DNA of 64,000 nt from Gemmatimonadaceae bacterium. GTDB taxonomy: Bacteria > Gemmatimonadota > Gemmatimonadetes > Gemmatimonadales > Gemmatimonadaceae. This document shows positions 26,948 to 36,636 of the stretch, piece after piece (within the stretch, counting starts at the first letter, position 1; the number at the start of each line of letters is the position of its first letter). A program made the position numbers and the translations under genes. The stretch covers positions 1-64,000 of the forward strand of contig JBBDYC010000011.1 in assembly GCA_040901985.1 (NCBI GenBank), given 5' to 3'. The notes under the pieces were generated by a model. The model worked only from the letters and a program-made list of their open reading frames with translations, was not told the origin of the DNA and made no database searches.

Positions 26948-28681
26948 ATGCCTTCCCGCTCCAACGCCACCGTCGCCCCCGAGACCGCCCCGAGCTTCGC
27001 CGCGCTCGACCTCGACCCGCGCGTGCTCGCCGCACTCGCCGCGCTGGGCTACGAGGAGCCGACGCCGATCCAACTCGCGGCGATCCCGCCGCTGCTCGCC
27101 GATCGTGACGTGCTGGCCCAGGCGGCCACCGGCACCGGGAAGACCGCGGCCTTCGCGATTCCCCTCCTGCACCGGCTGCGGACCGACGCCCCGCCGCGCG
27201 AACGCACCACCGCGCTCGTCCTCGTGCCCACGCGCGAGCTGGCGATGCAGGTCGCCGAGGCGGTCTATCGGTACGGCAAGGCGATGGGGGCGGTGGCGGT
27301 GCCAATCTACGGCGGCGCGTCAATGGAATCGCAGATCCGCTCGCTCAAGCGCGGCGTGGACGTGGTGATCGCCACCCCGGGACGCGCCCTCGACCACATC
27401 CGCCGCAAGACGGTGCATCTCGCCAGTGTCCGCACCGTCGTCCTCGACGAGGCCGACGAGATGCTCGATATGGGATTCGCCGACGACCTCGAGGCGATCC
27501 TCGCCGCGACGCCGACCGACAAGCAGGTCGCACTCTTCTCGGCCACGCTCGCGCCGCGGATCTCGGCGATCGCCAAGACGCACCTCCGCGATCCCGAGGT
27601 GATCCGGATTGACGCCAAGTCGGTGAAGCCGGGACACACGGCGAAGATCCGGCAGCTGGCCTATATGGTGCCGCGCGCCCACAAGATGGCCGCGCTCGGT
27701 CGGATCCTCGACGTCGAGCAGCCGAAGAGCGCCATCGTCTTCTGCCGGACGCGGACCGAGGTGGACGAACTCACCGAGACGTTGAACGCGCAGGGGTACC
27801 GCGCCGAGGCGCTCCACGGCGGGCTCTCGCAAGATCAGCGCGACCGCGTGATGAAGAAGTTCCGTGCGAACACGGCCGACCTCCTGGTCGCGACCGATGT
27901 CGCCGCGCGTGGCCTCGACGTGCAGCACGTGTCGCACGTGGTGAACTACGATGTGCCGTCGGCCGGCGATGCGTATGTGCATCGGATCGGGCGCACCGGC
28001 CGCGCGGGCCGCACCGGCACGGCGATCACGCTGGCCGAGCCGCGTGAGCACCGGATGCTGCGCAACATCGAGCGGGTCACGGGCCAGCCGATCGAGACCG
28101 TCGCCCTGCCGACGGTGGCCGACCTCAAGTCGCGGCGGCTCGAACTCGCCCAGGCGGCGCTGCGCGAGGTGATCCTCGGCGGGGAGCTCGACGCGTGGCG
28201 CGGGATCGTCGCCGGACTCGCCGACGAGTTCGAGCTGATGGACATCGCGGCGGCGGCGGTGAAGCAGGCGATGCCGGAGGTGGCCGAAGCGACGGCCGCT
28301 GAGATTCCAGTGGCCGCGGCTGCACGCGAGCGGCATCCGGCGCGCGAGCGCGAGGCCGACCGCAAGGCGCGTCGCGAGACCAAGGGCGCGGCGGGCAAGG
28401 CGCCGGCGTTCAGCAAAGCCCCGCGACGCGCGCCCGGCGACGCGGTCGCCAAGCTCTACGTCGGCGCCGGACGCAAGGCGAAGCTGCGGCCCGGTGACCT
28501 CGTCGGGGCGATCGCCAACGAGGTCGGGATGGACGCGGCGGCAATTGGCGCCATCCAGGTCTGGGACCGCCACTCGATTGTCGAGGTCCCCGAGGCGATG
28601 GCCGACGACATCATCGCCGCGCTGACGGCGGCGACGATCAAGGGGCGGAAGATCCAGGTCCGGCGGGACCGCGCGGGGTGA
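26948..28681 (+). CDS. deaD: DEAD-box RNA helicase with DbpA-type C-terminal domain
   Basis: Q motif PTPIQ, ATGTGKT, PTRELA, TPGR, DEAD, SAT, ARGLD, HRIGRTGR; C-terminal 'RPGDLVGAIANE'. Confidence 0.92.
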   Translation: MPSRSNATVAPETAPSFAALDLDPRVLAALAALGYEEPTPIQLAAIPPLLADRDVLAQAATGTGKTAAFAIPLLHRLRTDAPPRERTTALVLVPTRELAMQVAEAVYRYGKAMGAVAVPIYGGASMESQIRSLKRGVDVVIATPGRALDHIRRKTVHLASVRTVVLDEADEMLDMGFADDLEAILAATPTDKQVALFSATLAPRISAIAKTHLRDPEVIRIDAKSVKPGHTAKIRQLAYMVPRAHKMAALGRILDVEQPKSAIVFCRTRTEVDELTETLNAQGYRAEALHGGLSQDQRDRVMKKFRANTADLLVATDVAARGLDVQHVSHVVNYDVPSAGDAYVHRIGRTGRAGRTGTAITLAEPREHRMLRNIERVTGQPIETVALPTVADLKSRRLELAQAALREVILGGELDAWRGIVAGLADEFELMDIAAAAVKQAMPEVAEATAAEIPVAAAARERHPAREREADRKARRETKGAAGKAPAFSKAPRRAPGDAVAKLYVGAGRKAKLRPGDLVGAIANEVGMDAAAIGAIQVWDRHSIVEVPEAMADDIIAALTAATIKGRKIQVRRDRAG

Positions 28682-28759
28682 GCACCGCAGGCGATTCGCC
28701 GGCTCAGCGTGAACGCGGTCCAACGACTAGATTGAAGGACTCTCAACACGGTACGGGCG

Positions 28760-29065
28760 ATGATCAAGGGCTTCGAATTCAAGGATGCGGGGCGCACCTA
28801 CACCTGCACGATCGAACAGCAGAAGGGCGCCAGCGAGGCGTGGTGGTGGTTCGCCGTGTCCGGGGATATGCAGCGCTATGCCCCCTTTCGCGCCGTCAGC
28901 GACGACACGCGGACCACGGTGCAGGAGCGGATCGTCGCGTTCTATAACAACCGTCTCTTCCAGCTCACGCAGCCGACGCAGCGCGGCTCGCACTGGGGCA
29001 AGCGCACGCCGAGCGCAGTGAATCCGGCGGCACCGGGGGCCGCGGCGCCGGCTCCCAAGGCGTAG
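28760..29065 (+). CDS. Hypothetical protein
   Basis: Coding-like composition; 'WWWFAVSGD..RYAPF'. Confidence 0.7.
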   Translation: MIKGFEFKDAGRTYTCTIEQQKGASEAWWWFAVSGDMQRYAPFRAVSDDTRTTVQERIVAFYNNRLFQLTQPTQRGSHWGKRTPSAVNPAAPGAAAPAPKA

Positions 29066-29098
29066 TGACGGCGTAGGCCACCTCTGGCGCCACGCTCC

Positions 29099-29163
29099 GG
29101 GGAGTCGTGCCGGGGAGACGCGCCGGGGAGTCGTGCCGGGGAGTCGTGCCGGGGAGACGCGCC
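29099..29163. repeat. Intergenic 13-bp tandem repeat x5
   Basis: ggggagtcgtgcc / ggggagacgcgcc units in A-B-A-A-B order. Confidence 0.92.
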
Positions 29164-29200
29164 GCGCTGACATCCCTCGCGGCGCGGGGTAGATTCCGGC

Positions 29201-30376
29201 ATGACGAAGATCTTCCCCGAGGACCTCGCCGCCCGGCTCGCCACGCGCGCGGTCCACGCCGGCCAGCGCCCCGACCCGACCTCCGGCGCGATCATGCCGC
29301 CGATCTACCAGACCTCCACCTACGCGCAGGAGGGCCTCGGGGACAACAAGGGCTACGAATACGCCCGCGGCAAGAACCCCACGCGCGAGGCGCTCGAGCG
29401 GAACGTCGCCACGCTCGAAGGCGGCCAGCACGGCTTCGCCTTCTCGTCCGGGATGGGGTGCCTCGACTCGATCATCAAGCTCTTCAAGAGCGGCGACCAC
29501 ATCGTCGTCGGCTCGAATGTCTATGGCGGCACCTTCCGCCTCTTCGACAAACTCCTGCAGAACTTTGGCCTGACCTTCTCCTGGATTGACACACGCGACC
29601 CGCAGCAGATCGAGGACGCGCTGCGGAAGCACACCGTCGCGCTGATGCTGGAGACGCCGACCAACCCGCTGATGCACCTGACCGATCTCCGCGCGGCGTG
29701 CAAGATTGCCGCCGAGCACGGCGCGCTGACAGTCGTGGACAACACCTTCGCCACGCCGATCTTCCAGCGCCCGCTCGAGTTCGGCGCCGACATCGTGTGG
29801 CACTCGAGCACCAAGTACCTCAACGGCCACTCCGACCTCATCGGCGGGGTCGCGGTGGTGAACGACGACGCACTCGCCGCCAAGCTCCAGTTCATCGCCA
29901 ACGCCGCCGGCGCTGTGCCCGGGCCCTTCGACGCCTGGCTGACCCTGCGCGGCACCAAGACCCTCGCCCTCCGGATGCGCCAGCACGACGCCAACGGCCG
30001 CCTGGTCGCCGACTGGTTCGCCAAGCGGCTCGGCGAGGAGCGGGTGTTCTACCCCGGGCTCGCCTCGCATCCGCAGCACGCGCTGGCCAAGACGCAGATG
30101 TCCGGCTTCGGGGGGATGGTCTCGGTCGAGACCGGCTCGCGGGACAACGCCGCCCAGGTGGTGCGCGCGGTGAAGGTCTTCACGCTGGCTGAATCCCTGG
30201 GCGGGGTGGAATCGTTGGTATGCCAGCCGGCCGGCATGACCCACGCGTCGGTAGATCCGGCACGGCGCGCCGAACTCGGGATCACTGACGGTCTGCTCCG
30301 CTTCTCCTGCGGCGTCGAAGATCCCGAGGACCTGCTCGCCGACCTCGACCAAGCCTTCGCAGGGCTGAAGCACTGA
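29201..30376 (+). CDS. metB: Cystathionine gamma-synthase/lyase (PLP-dependent transsulfuration enzyme)
   Basis: 'PPIYQTSTY', 'YARGKNPTR', 'ETPTNP', 'VDNTF', 'HSSTKYLNGHSD' (PLP Lys), 'ESLGGVESL'. Confidence 0.88.
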   Translation: MTKIFPEDLAARLATRAVHAGQRPDPTSGAIMPPIYQTSTYAQEGLGDNKGYEYARGKNPTREALERNVATLEGGQHGFAFSSGMGCLDSIIKLFKSGDHIVVGSNVYGGTFRLFDKLLQNFGLTFSWIDTRDPQQIEDALRKHTVALMLETPTNPLMHLTDLRAACKIAAEHGALTVVDNTFATPIFQRPLEFGADIVWHSSTKYLNGHSDLIGGVAVVNDDALAAKLQFIANAAGAVPGPFDAWLTLRGTKTLALRMRQHDANGRLVADWFAKRLGEERVFYPGLASHPQHALAKTQMSGFGGMVSVETGSRDNAAQVVRAVKVFTLAESLGGVESLVCQPAGMTHASVDPARRAELGITDGLLRFSCGVEDPEDLLADLDQAFAGLKH

Positions 30377-30390
30377 CCAGGAGATCCCCG

Positions 30391-31368
30391 ATGGCACGCA
30401 CCACCCTCACCGACATCGCGTCGCAGACGTGGGAGCACCCCGCCGACCGCGCCGCGCTGAGCGCGCTCCGCGCCCTGCCCGGGTTCGACGCCGCGGTCAA
30501 CCAGATTGCCAAGGTCTTTGGCGAGCGCGCCGTCCGGCACCTCTTCACCGGCAGCGCGGTGCGCGTCGGTCCCACGCAACGCCCCGACCTCGACGCCCTC
30601 TGGACCGAGGTGCTGGCGACGCTCGACTGGCCCAGGCGCCCCGAGCTCTACGTGACGAACATGCCGTTCGTGAACGCCGGCGCGGTCGGCTTCGGCGAGC
30701 CATTCGTCGTCATCAACTCGGCGGCCATCGAGCACCTCACGCGCGAGGAGCTGCGCGTCATCCTCGCGCACGAACTCGGCCACGTGATGAGCGGCCACGT
30801 CACCTACCGGACGATCGCCCAGATCATCCTGATGGTCGGCCTCGGCAACCTGCCGCTCCTCGCCGGTCTGGCGCTGCTCCCCTTCCAGCTCGCGATCCTC
30901 GAGTGGTACCGGAAGAGCGAACTGTCCTGCGACCGCGCGGCGCTCCTCGGCGCGCAGGACCCCGACCTCGTGCTCACCACGCTGATGAAGCTCTCCGGCG
31001 GCCGCGAGTTCGGCGACACGCTCGACCTCGAGGCGTTCAAGGCGCAGTCGCGCGAGTACGAGATTGACGACACGGCCTGGGACACCGCGCTCAAGGCGTT
31101 CAACACCGCCTTCCGCGAGCATCCGTTCTTCACCGTCCGTGCCGGCGAGCTGCAACGATGGACGGCCGACGGATCGTACGCCCGCGTGCTCGCGGGCGAA
31201 TACATCCGGCGCGCCGACGTGAAGCCCGGCGAGGGCGTCGGCGACGACTTCAGGAAGGGCACCGCCTACTACGCCGACCAGGCCCGCGCGACGATGGACA
31301 AGGTGGGCGAGTCCCTCTCGCGCGCCCGGTCGGCCTTCTCCGACGCGTTCAAGAGCGACAAGACGTGA
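30391..31368 (+). CDS. M48 family zinc metallopeptidase
   Basis: 'WEHPADR', 'AHELGH' (HEXXH), 'ELSCDRA', 'HPF'. Confidence 0.9.
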   Translation: MARTTLTDIASQTWEHPADRAALSALRALPGFDAAVNQIAKVFGERAVRHLFTGSAVRVGPTQRPDLDALWTEVLATLDWPRRPELYVTNMPFVNAGAVGFGEPFVVINSAAIEHLTREELRVILAHELGHVMSGHVTYRTIAQIILMVGLGNLPLLAGLALLPFQLAILEWYRKSELSCDRAALLGAQDPDLVLTTLMKLSGGREFGDTLDLEAFKAQSREYEIDDTAWDTALKAFNTAFREHPFFTVRAGELQRWTADGSYARVLAGEYIRRADVKPGEGVGDDFRKGTAYYADQARATMDKVGESLSRARSAFSDAFKSDKT

Positions 31369-32639
31369 AGATCCTGGTCGTCGGCGGCGGCGGGCGCGAA
31401 CACGCCATTGCCTGGCAGCTCCGCCGCGACGATCCGGGAGGGGAGGTCATCGCCGCCCCCGGGAATCCGGGGATCGCCGCACTCGGCCGTTGCGTGAACG
31501 TCGCGGCGACGGACATCGCGGCGCTGCTCGCGCTCGCCCGCGCCGAGCGCGTGGACTTTACCGTCGTCGGGCCCGAGGGACCGCTCGGGCTTGGCATCGT
31601 GGACCGCTTCCGCGAGGCGGGGCTCGCGATCTTCGGGCCCACCGCGAGCGCGGCGCGGATCGAGACCTCCAAGCGGTTCGCCAAGGAGTTGATGGCCACC
31701 GCCGCCGTCCCCACCGCGAGCGCGCGCACGTTCACCGCCGTGAAGCCGGCCAAGGAGGAAGTGCGCCGACTCGGCGCGCCGGTGGTCGTGAAGTATTCGG
31801 GGATCGCCGCCGGCAAGGGCGTGGTCGTGGCGACGACGATTGCCGAGGCCGACGCCGCCATTGACCTGATGCTTGAGCAGCGGGCGTTCGGTGATGCCGC
31901 CGAGGTGTTGGTGGAGGAGTATATGGAGGGCGAGGAGCTCTCGTTCTTTGCGCTCACCGACGGCGTCAACGTGATCCCCCTGCTTGCCGCGCAGGACCAC
32001 AAACGGATCGGCGAGGGCGACACCGGCCCCAACACGGGCGGTATGGGCGCCTATGCGCCGGTCTCCCTGGCGACGCCGCCGCTGGTCCAGACGGTCGTCC
32101 AGCGGATCCTCTCGCCGACCCTGCGGGCGATGCGCGACGAGGGATGCGCCTTCACCGGGCTTCTCTACGCCGGCCTGATGCTCACGGACCAAGGTCCGAA
32201 GGTCGTCGAGTTCAACTGCCGGTTCGGCGACCCCGAGACGCAGGCGATCCTGCCGCTGCTCTCGGCCAGCCTGCTCGTGCCGATGCGGGCGATTGCCGAG
32301 GGGGGCACGCTGCGGAGCGTCTCGGCGTTCGCCTGGCAGCCGCGCGCCGCTGTCACCACCGTCGTCGCCGCCGCCGGCTACCCCGGCACGCCGCGCACCG
32401 GTGATGTCATCGCGCTGCCGCCGGAGCGCGACGACGTGACGATCTTCCACGCCGGCACCGCGCGGAATGCGGCGGGCGAACTCGTGACGGCCGGCGGGCG
32501 GGTGCTTGCCGTGACGGCGGTGGCGGGGACGATGGCCGCCGCGCTGGCGCTCAGCCGCGACACGGCGGCGGCGGTGACGTTCGCGGGCGCACAGTTCCGG
32601 CGCGACATCGGCCACCGGGAGATCGCCCGCGGTGCCTGA
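31365..32639 (+). CDS. purD: Phosphoribosylamine-glycine ligase
   Basis: 'KILVVGGGGREHAIAW', 'QDHKR', 'GPNTGGMGAY', 'EFNCRFGDPE', 'TAGGRVL'. Confidence 0.96.
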   Translation: MKILVVGGGGREHAIAWQLRRDDPGGEVIAAPGNPGIAALGRCVNVAATDIAALLALARAERVDFTVVGPEGPLGLGIVDRFREAGLAIFGPTASAARIETSKRFAKELMATAAVPTASARTFTAVKPAKEEVRRLGAPVVVKYSGIAAGKGVVVATTIAEADAAIDLMLEQRAFGDAAEVLVEEYMEGEELSFFALTDGVNVIPLLAAQDHKRIGEGDTGPNTGGMGAYAPVSLATPPLVQTVVQRILSPTLRAMRDEGCAFTGLLYAGLMLTDQGPKVVEFNCRFGDPETQAILPLLSASLLVPMRAIAEGGTLRSVSAFAWQPRAAVTTVVAAAGYPGTPRTGDVIALPPERDDVTIFHAGTARNAAGELVTAGGRVLAVTAVAGTMAAALALSRDTAAAVTFAGAQFRRDIGHREIARGA

Positions 32640-33444
32640 GCTCCCCGAGGCGGAGACCATCGCGCGCGATCTGGACGGCGCCCTCCGGGGCGCCGTCGTC
32701 CGTTCGGCAACGGTCCATCGCGCCGACGTCGTCCGCGGCGGCAGCGCGGTGGGCCTCGAGCGCTCGCTCCGCGGCACGCGGATCAAGCAGGTCGGACGGC
32801 GCGGCAAGAACGTGGTGCTCTTCGGCGGGCGCGACGCCCGCCTCGTCGTCACCCCGCGCTTCACCGGCACCCTCCTGCTCGACGCGGCAAGCGACCGCTA
32901 CTCCTGCCTGACCATCACCTTCACCGACGGGCGCACGCTCATCTACCGCGACGTCCGGCGCCTTGGCACGCTCACGCTCCTCAGGCGCGAGGGCTACGCG
33001 GCGTGGAGCAACACGCTCGGGCCCGAGCCGCTTGACCGGACGCTGACCGCCGAGCGATTCTCGAGGATCATCCGGGGGTCCAAGCGCGCCGTGAAGAGCA
33101 TCCTGATGGACCAGCGCCGGCTGGCCGGCGTCGGCAACATCTACGCCAACGAGGCCTGTTGGCGCGCCGGCGTGCGGCCGACACGCAGCGGACGCACCCT
33201 GACGCGCGCCGAATGCACGGCGCTCCTCATCGGACTCACCGGGGTGCTCCGCGCGTCCATCAGGCTCCGCGGGACGACCTTCCGCGACTTCCGCGATGCG
33301 TACGGGCTCCGCGGCGGCTTTGCGCCGAAGCTGGCGGTCTACGGCCGGGCCGGACTCCCCTGCCGCCGCTGCGGCGCCACGCTCAAGCACTCGCACGCAC
33401 TCGCGGGCCGGCAGACCGTGTGGTGCCGCGGATGTCAGACGTGA
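32632..33444 (+). CDS. mutM: Formamidopyrimidine-DNA glycosylase (Fpg/MutM)
   Basis: PELPE N-terminus, RRGK, H2TH 'AGVGNIYANE', C-terminal CxxC...CxxC zinc finger. Confidence 0.92.
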   Translation: MPELPEAETIARDLDGALRGAVVRSATVHRADVVRGGSAVGLERSLRGTRIKQVGRRGKNVVLFGGRDARLVVTPRFTGTLLLDAASDRYSCLTITFTDGRTLIYRDVRRLGTLTLLRREGYAAWSNTLGPEPLDRTLTAERFSRIIRGSKRAVKSILMDQRRLAGVGNIYANEACWRAGVRPTRSGRTLTRAECTALLIGLTGVLRASIRLRGTTFRDFRDAYGLRGGFAPKLAVYGRAGLPCRRCGATLKHSHALAGRQTVWCRGCQT

Positions 33445-33469
33445 GCGCGGCGTCGCGGGGACGCCTGCG

Positions 33470-34618
33470 ATGAGCCGGCGCCGCCGCCGCGGGCCCGTCA
33501 CCCCGCCGAAGGACGTCGAGATGCGGATTGACAACCTGCTCGCCCTCGTCAAGGACGGCGCGCGCGACGTCCCCGGCGTCTACCGGATGACCTCGCTCGA
33601 TGGCGAGGTGATCTACGTCGGCAAGTCGAAGGCGCTGCGGACGCGCCTCCTCAGTTACTTCCGCGCGCGGTACCCGCGCGACAAGGGGGCGCGGATCCTC
33701 CGTGAGGCGGCGACGCTCGAGTGGGAGCCGCTGCCGAGTGAGTTTGCCGCGCTCCTCGGCGAGTTGCGGCTGATCAAGCAGTTGCGGCCACGCTACAACG
33801 TGGCGATGAAACGCGACGCCCGGTACCACGCATTCGTGCGCGTCTCGCGCGGCGCGGCCCCGAAGTTCCACGTCGTCCGCAGCGCCGGCACCGACGAGAC
33901 CGGCACCTACTACGGCCCCTTCCGCGGCGCGCTCCAGCTCGAGGAGGCGCTCCGCGAACTCAACGACGTGCTGGGACTCCGCGACTGCAAGCTCGGCACG
34001 CCGATGTACTTCGCCGACCAGCCCGACCTCCTCCCGCTTCCCGGGCGCACGCCGGGCTGCATCCGGTACGAGATCGGCAAGTGCCTCGGCCCCTGCGTGG
34101 GCGCGGTCCGCGAGGACGCGTACCTCGAGCGATTCCGCGCTGCCCGCGACTTCCTCGAGGGCGTCCACGACGCCCCGCTGGCGCCACTGCGCGCCCAGAT
34201 GGAGGCCTCGAGCGAGGCACTCGACTTCGAGCGCGCCGCGGTGATGCGCGACAAGATCCTCCGCCTCGAGTCGCTGCGCGAACAGTTCGCGCGCCTCCGC
34301 TTCGCGCTGGAATCACTCTCGTTCGTCTACACGGTGCCCGGCGCGCAGGGGGACGACCGTGCCTACGTCGTCCGTCGGGGCCGCGTCCGCGCCGAGGTCG
34401 CGGCGCCGCGCACGGCGAGCGAGCGGCGTGCCCTCGACGCCCGCATCGCCGAGCTCCTCGCGCCCACCGAGCGCGTCGGCGGCACCGTGCCCGGACACGA
34501 GGTGGACGAGGTGTTGCTGGTCGCCGCCTGGTTCCGGCGGAACCCCAACGAACTCGCGCGCACCACGCCCTTGAGCCAATGGCCGTGGCGCGACCAGCCG
34601 CTCACTCGGCCAGCGTGA
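33470..34618 (+). CDS. GIY-YIG endonuclease with UvrB/UvrC motif (UvrC N-terminal half; Cho-like)
   Basis: 'PGVYRM...IYVGKSKALRTRLLSYF', 'LIKQLRPRYN', four-Cys cluster, 'LDFERAAVMRD'; no RNase H or HhH C-terminal half. Confidence 0.85.
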   Translation: MSRRRRRGPVTPPKDVEMRIDNLLALVKDGARDVPGVYRMTSLDGEVIYVGKSKALRTRLLSYFRARYPRDKGARILREAATLEWEPLPSEFAALLGELRLIKQLRPRYNVAMKRDARYHAFVRVSRGAAPKFHVVRSAGTDETGTYYGPFRGALQLEEALRELNDVLGLRDCKLGTPMYFADQPDLLPLPGRTPGCIRYEIGKCLGPCVGAVREDAYLERFRAARDFLEGVHDAPLAPLRAQMEASSEALDFERAAVMRDKILRLESLREQFARLRFALESLSFVYTVPGAQGDDRAYVVRRGRVRAEVAAPRTASERRALDARIAELLAPTERVGGTVPGHEVDEVLLVAAWFRRNPNELARTTPLSQWPWRDQPLTRPA

Positions 34619-35087
34619 CGATCTCGGCGTCCGCGGTGCCGTCGCGGATGGTGAGGATCGCGACCGACGGCGGAAGGTCGTAGCGCCGCTCCCCCGCCGC
34701 GCCGGGGTTCACCACCAGCCGTCCGCCAATCCGTTCGATCCGCTGCCGGTGCGTGTGCCCGTACACGCAGACGTCGGCGTCGTAGGCGGCCGCGACCTGC
34801 GCCGGCGACGGCCGCCCGAGCTCGTGCCCGTGGCTCACGTGGATCCGCACGCCTCCGAGCTCAAGGTCGAGCGCCGCGCCGAGCCGCGGGTCCCACGGCG
34901 CGTCGCAGTTCCCGCCGACCGCCCGCACCGGCGCGATCAGGGCGAGCTCGTCGAGGATCTCGTCGCCGCCGACGTCGCCCGCGTGCAGGATCCGCGAGAC
35001 GCCGGCCAGCGCGCGGTGGACGTCGGAGCGGAGCAGGCCGTGCGTGTCGGAGATCAAGCCGATGCGCAGCGCCTTGCCGCCGCTCAT
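34602..35087 (-). CDS. YfcE-like metallophosphoesterase
   Basis: SDTHG, HAGD, GNCD, HGH, GHTH, NPG motifs. Confidence 0.92.
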   Translation of the reverse strand: MSGGKALRIGLISDTHGLLRSDVHRALAGVSRILHAGDVGGDEILDELALIAPVRAVGGNCDAPWDPRLGAALDLELGGVRIHVSHGHELGRPSPAQVAAAYDADVCVYGHTHRQRIERIGGRLVVNPGAAGERRYDLPPSVAILTIRDGTADAEIVTLAE

Positions 35088-35713
35088 CCGTCTTCCCCGT
35101 CGGCGGGCTGGCCGCCCCACCGCGGCACGAGCGTGTTGGGCACGCCGAGGTGGTCGAGCGCGCGGGCGACGATGAAGTCCACCAGTTGGTCCACTGACGT
35201 CGGGCGATGGTAGAAGCCGGGCGCGGCGGGCATCACCACCGCGCCCGCCAGCGTCACACGACGCATGTTCTCGAGGTGGATCAGCGAGAGCGGCGTCTCG
35301 CGCGTGACGAGGAGGAGCGTCCGGCGCTCCTTGAGCGCGACATCGGCCGCGCGCTCGACGAGCGACCGCGAGGTCCCCGCTGCGATGCTCGCCAGCGTCC
35401 CCATCGAGCAGGGACAGATGACCATCCCGCCGACGAGCGCCGACCCCGAGGCCGGCGCGGCGCCCCGATCCGCGTCGTCGTGCACGGTGACCAAGGTGTC
35501 GAACCGCCGCGCGCCCATCGCCGAGCGGAGCCCGGCGAGGTCGCCGACCTCGCTCTCCGTCCGCAGCAGCCGATACCCGTGGCTCGAGACGATCAGCGAG
35601 ACGCGCCGCTCGGCGACGAGGAGCTGCTCGAGGAGGCGCAGCCCATAGCGGGCGCCGGAGGCCCCGGTGATTGCCATCACGATTGGCGCGCCACCTTTCG
35701 CCAAGCGCGGCAT
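35084..35713 (-). CDS. ubiX: Flavin prenyltransferase UbiX
   Basis: 'ITGASGA', 'ASGS', 'PCSMGTL', 'RAADVALKERR', 'RETPL', 'PGFYHRP'. Confidence 0.95.
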   Translation of the reverse strand: MPRLAKGGAPIVMAITGASGARYGLRLLEQLLVAERRVSLIVSSHGYRLLRTESEVGDLAGLRSAMGARRFDTLVTVHDDADRGAAPASGSALVGGMVICPCSMGTLASIAAGTSRSLVERAADVALKERRTLLLVTRETPLSLIHLENMRRVTLAGAVVMPAAPGFYHRPTSVDQLVDFIVARALDHLGVPNTLVPRWGGQPADGEDG

Positions 35714-36636
35714 CAGCGGACGAGGACCCGGTCGGCGAGGACGCAGGCGAAGAGCGTCAGCGAGATGATGCCGTTCATCGTGAAGAAGGCGGCGTCGAGC
35801 CGGCTCAGGTCGTCCGCCGCCACGAGCGAGTGCTCGTAGGCAAGGACGGCCGCGGCGATGCCGACGCCGAGCCACGCCAGCGCGCCGGCGCCGGTGACCC
35901 AGACCGTCGTCGCCAGCGCGGCGACGGTCACGAGGTGAAGCGCACGGGCGATGACGATCGCCGCCGGCACCCCGACCGCCGCCGGGATCGAGTGCAGCGC
36001 TTGCGATCGATCGAACTCGATGTCGGGGAGCGCATAGAGGACGTCGAAGCCGCCCGACCAGCTCATCACCGCCACGGTGAGCGCCGCCAGCATCCACCAC
36101 GGCTCGCTCCACGCGCCGGTCACCGCGAGGTACCCGCCGACCGGCGCAATGGCCAACCCGAGCCCGAGTACGAGGTGCGCGTAGCGCGTGAACCGCTTGG
36201 TGAACGAGTAGAAGCACACCCACGCCAGCGCCAGCGGCGAGAGCGCGAAACAGAGCGGGTTGAGCTGGGCGGCGGCGAAGATGAAGAGCGCCGCCGCGAC
36301 CACCACGGTCACCCACGCGTCGCGCACCGCGATCACGCCGCGCGGAATCTCCCGTTGCGCCGTCCGCGGGTTCCGCGCATCATACTCGCGGTCCACGATC
36401 CGGTTCACCGCCATTGCCACCCACCGGGCGCCGGTGAACGCCAGCACCACCCAGCCGATCGTCGCCATCGGGACCGGCGCCACGCGGGACGCGAAGGTTA
36501 CGCCAATCAGCGCGAACGGCAGCGCGAAGACCGTGTGCGGCAGCTTCACGAAGCTCGCCCAGCGGGCGAGCCGCGACTCGCCGGCGAAGGTCTGGCCCTC
36601 GCGCACGGCGCTCCCGAGCGTCGGCATCCCGCTCAC
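35713..36636 (-). CDS. ubiA: UbiA-family polyprenyltransferase (MqnP-like)
   Basis: 'HTVFALPFA', 'NRIVDREYDARNPRT..REIP', 'YSFTKRFT', 'GFDVLYA..D..FD'. Confidence 0.88.
   Translation of the reverse strand: MSGMPTLGSAVREGQTFAGESRLARWASFVKLPHTVFALPFALIGVTFASRVAPVPMATIGWVVLAFTGARWVAMAVNRIVDREYDARNPRTAQREIPRGVIAVRDAWVTVVVAAALFIFAAAQLNPLCFALSPLALAWVCFYSFTKRFTRYAHLVLGLGLAIAPVGGYLAVTGAWSEPWWMLAALTVAVMSWSGGFDVLYALPDIEFDRSQALHSIPAAVGVPAAIVIARALHLVTVAALATTVWVTGAGALAWLGVGIAAAVLAYEHSLVAADDLSRLDAAFFTMNGIISLTLFACVLADRVLVR

Noticed and set aside
29099..29163. 13-bp repeat as a mini-CRISPR
   Set aside because: Head-to-tail tandem copies with no unique spacers.
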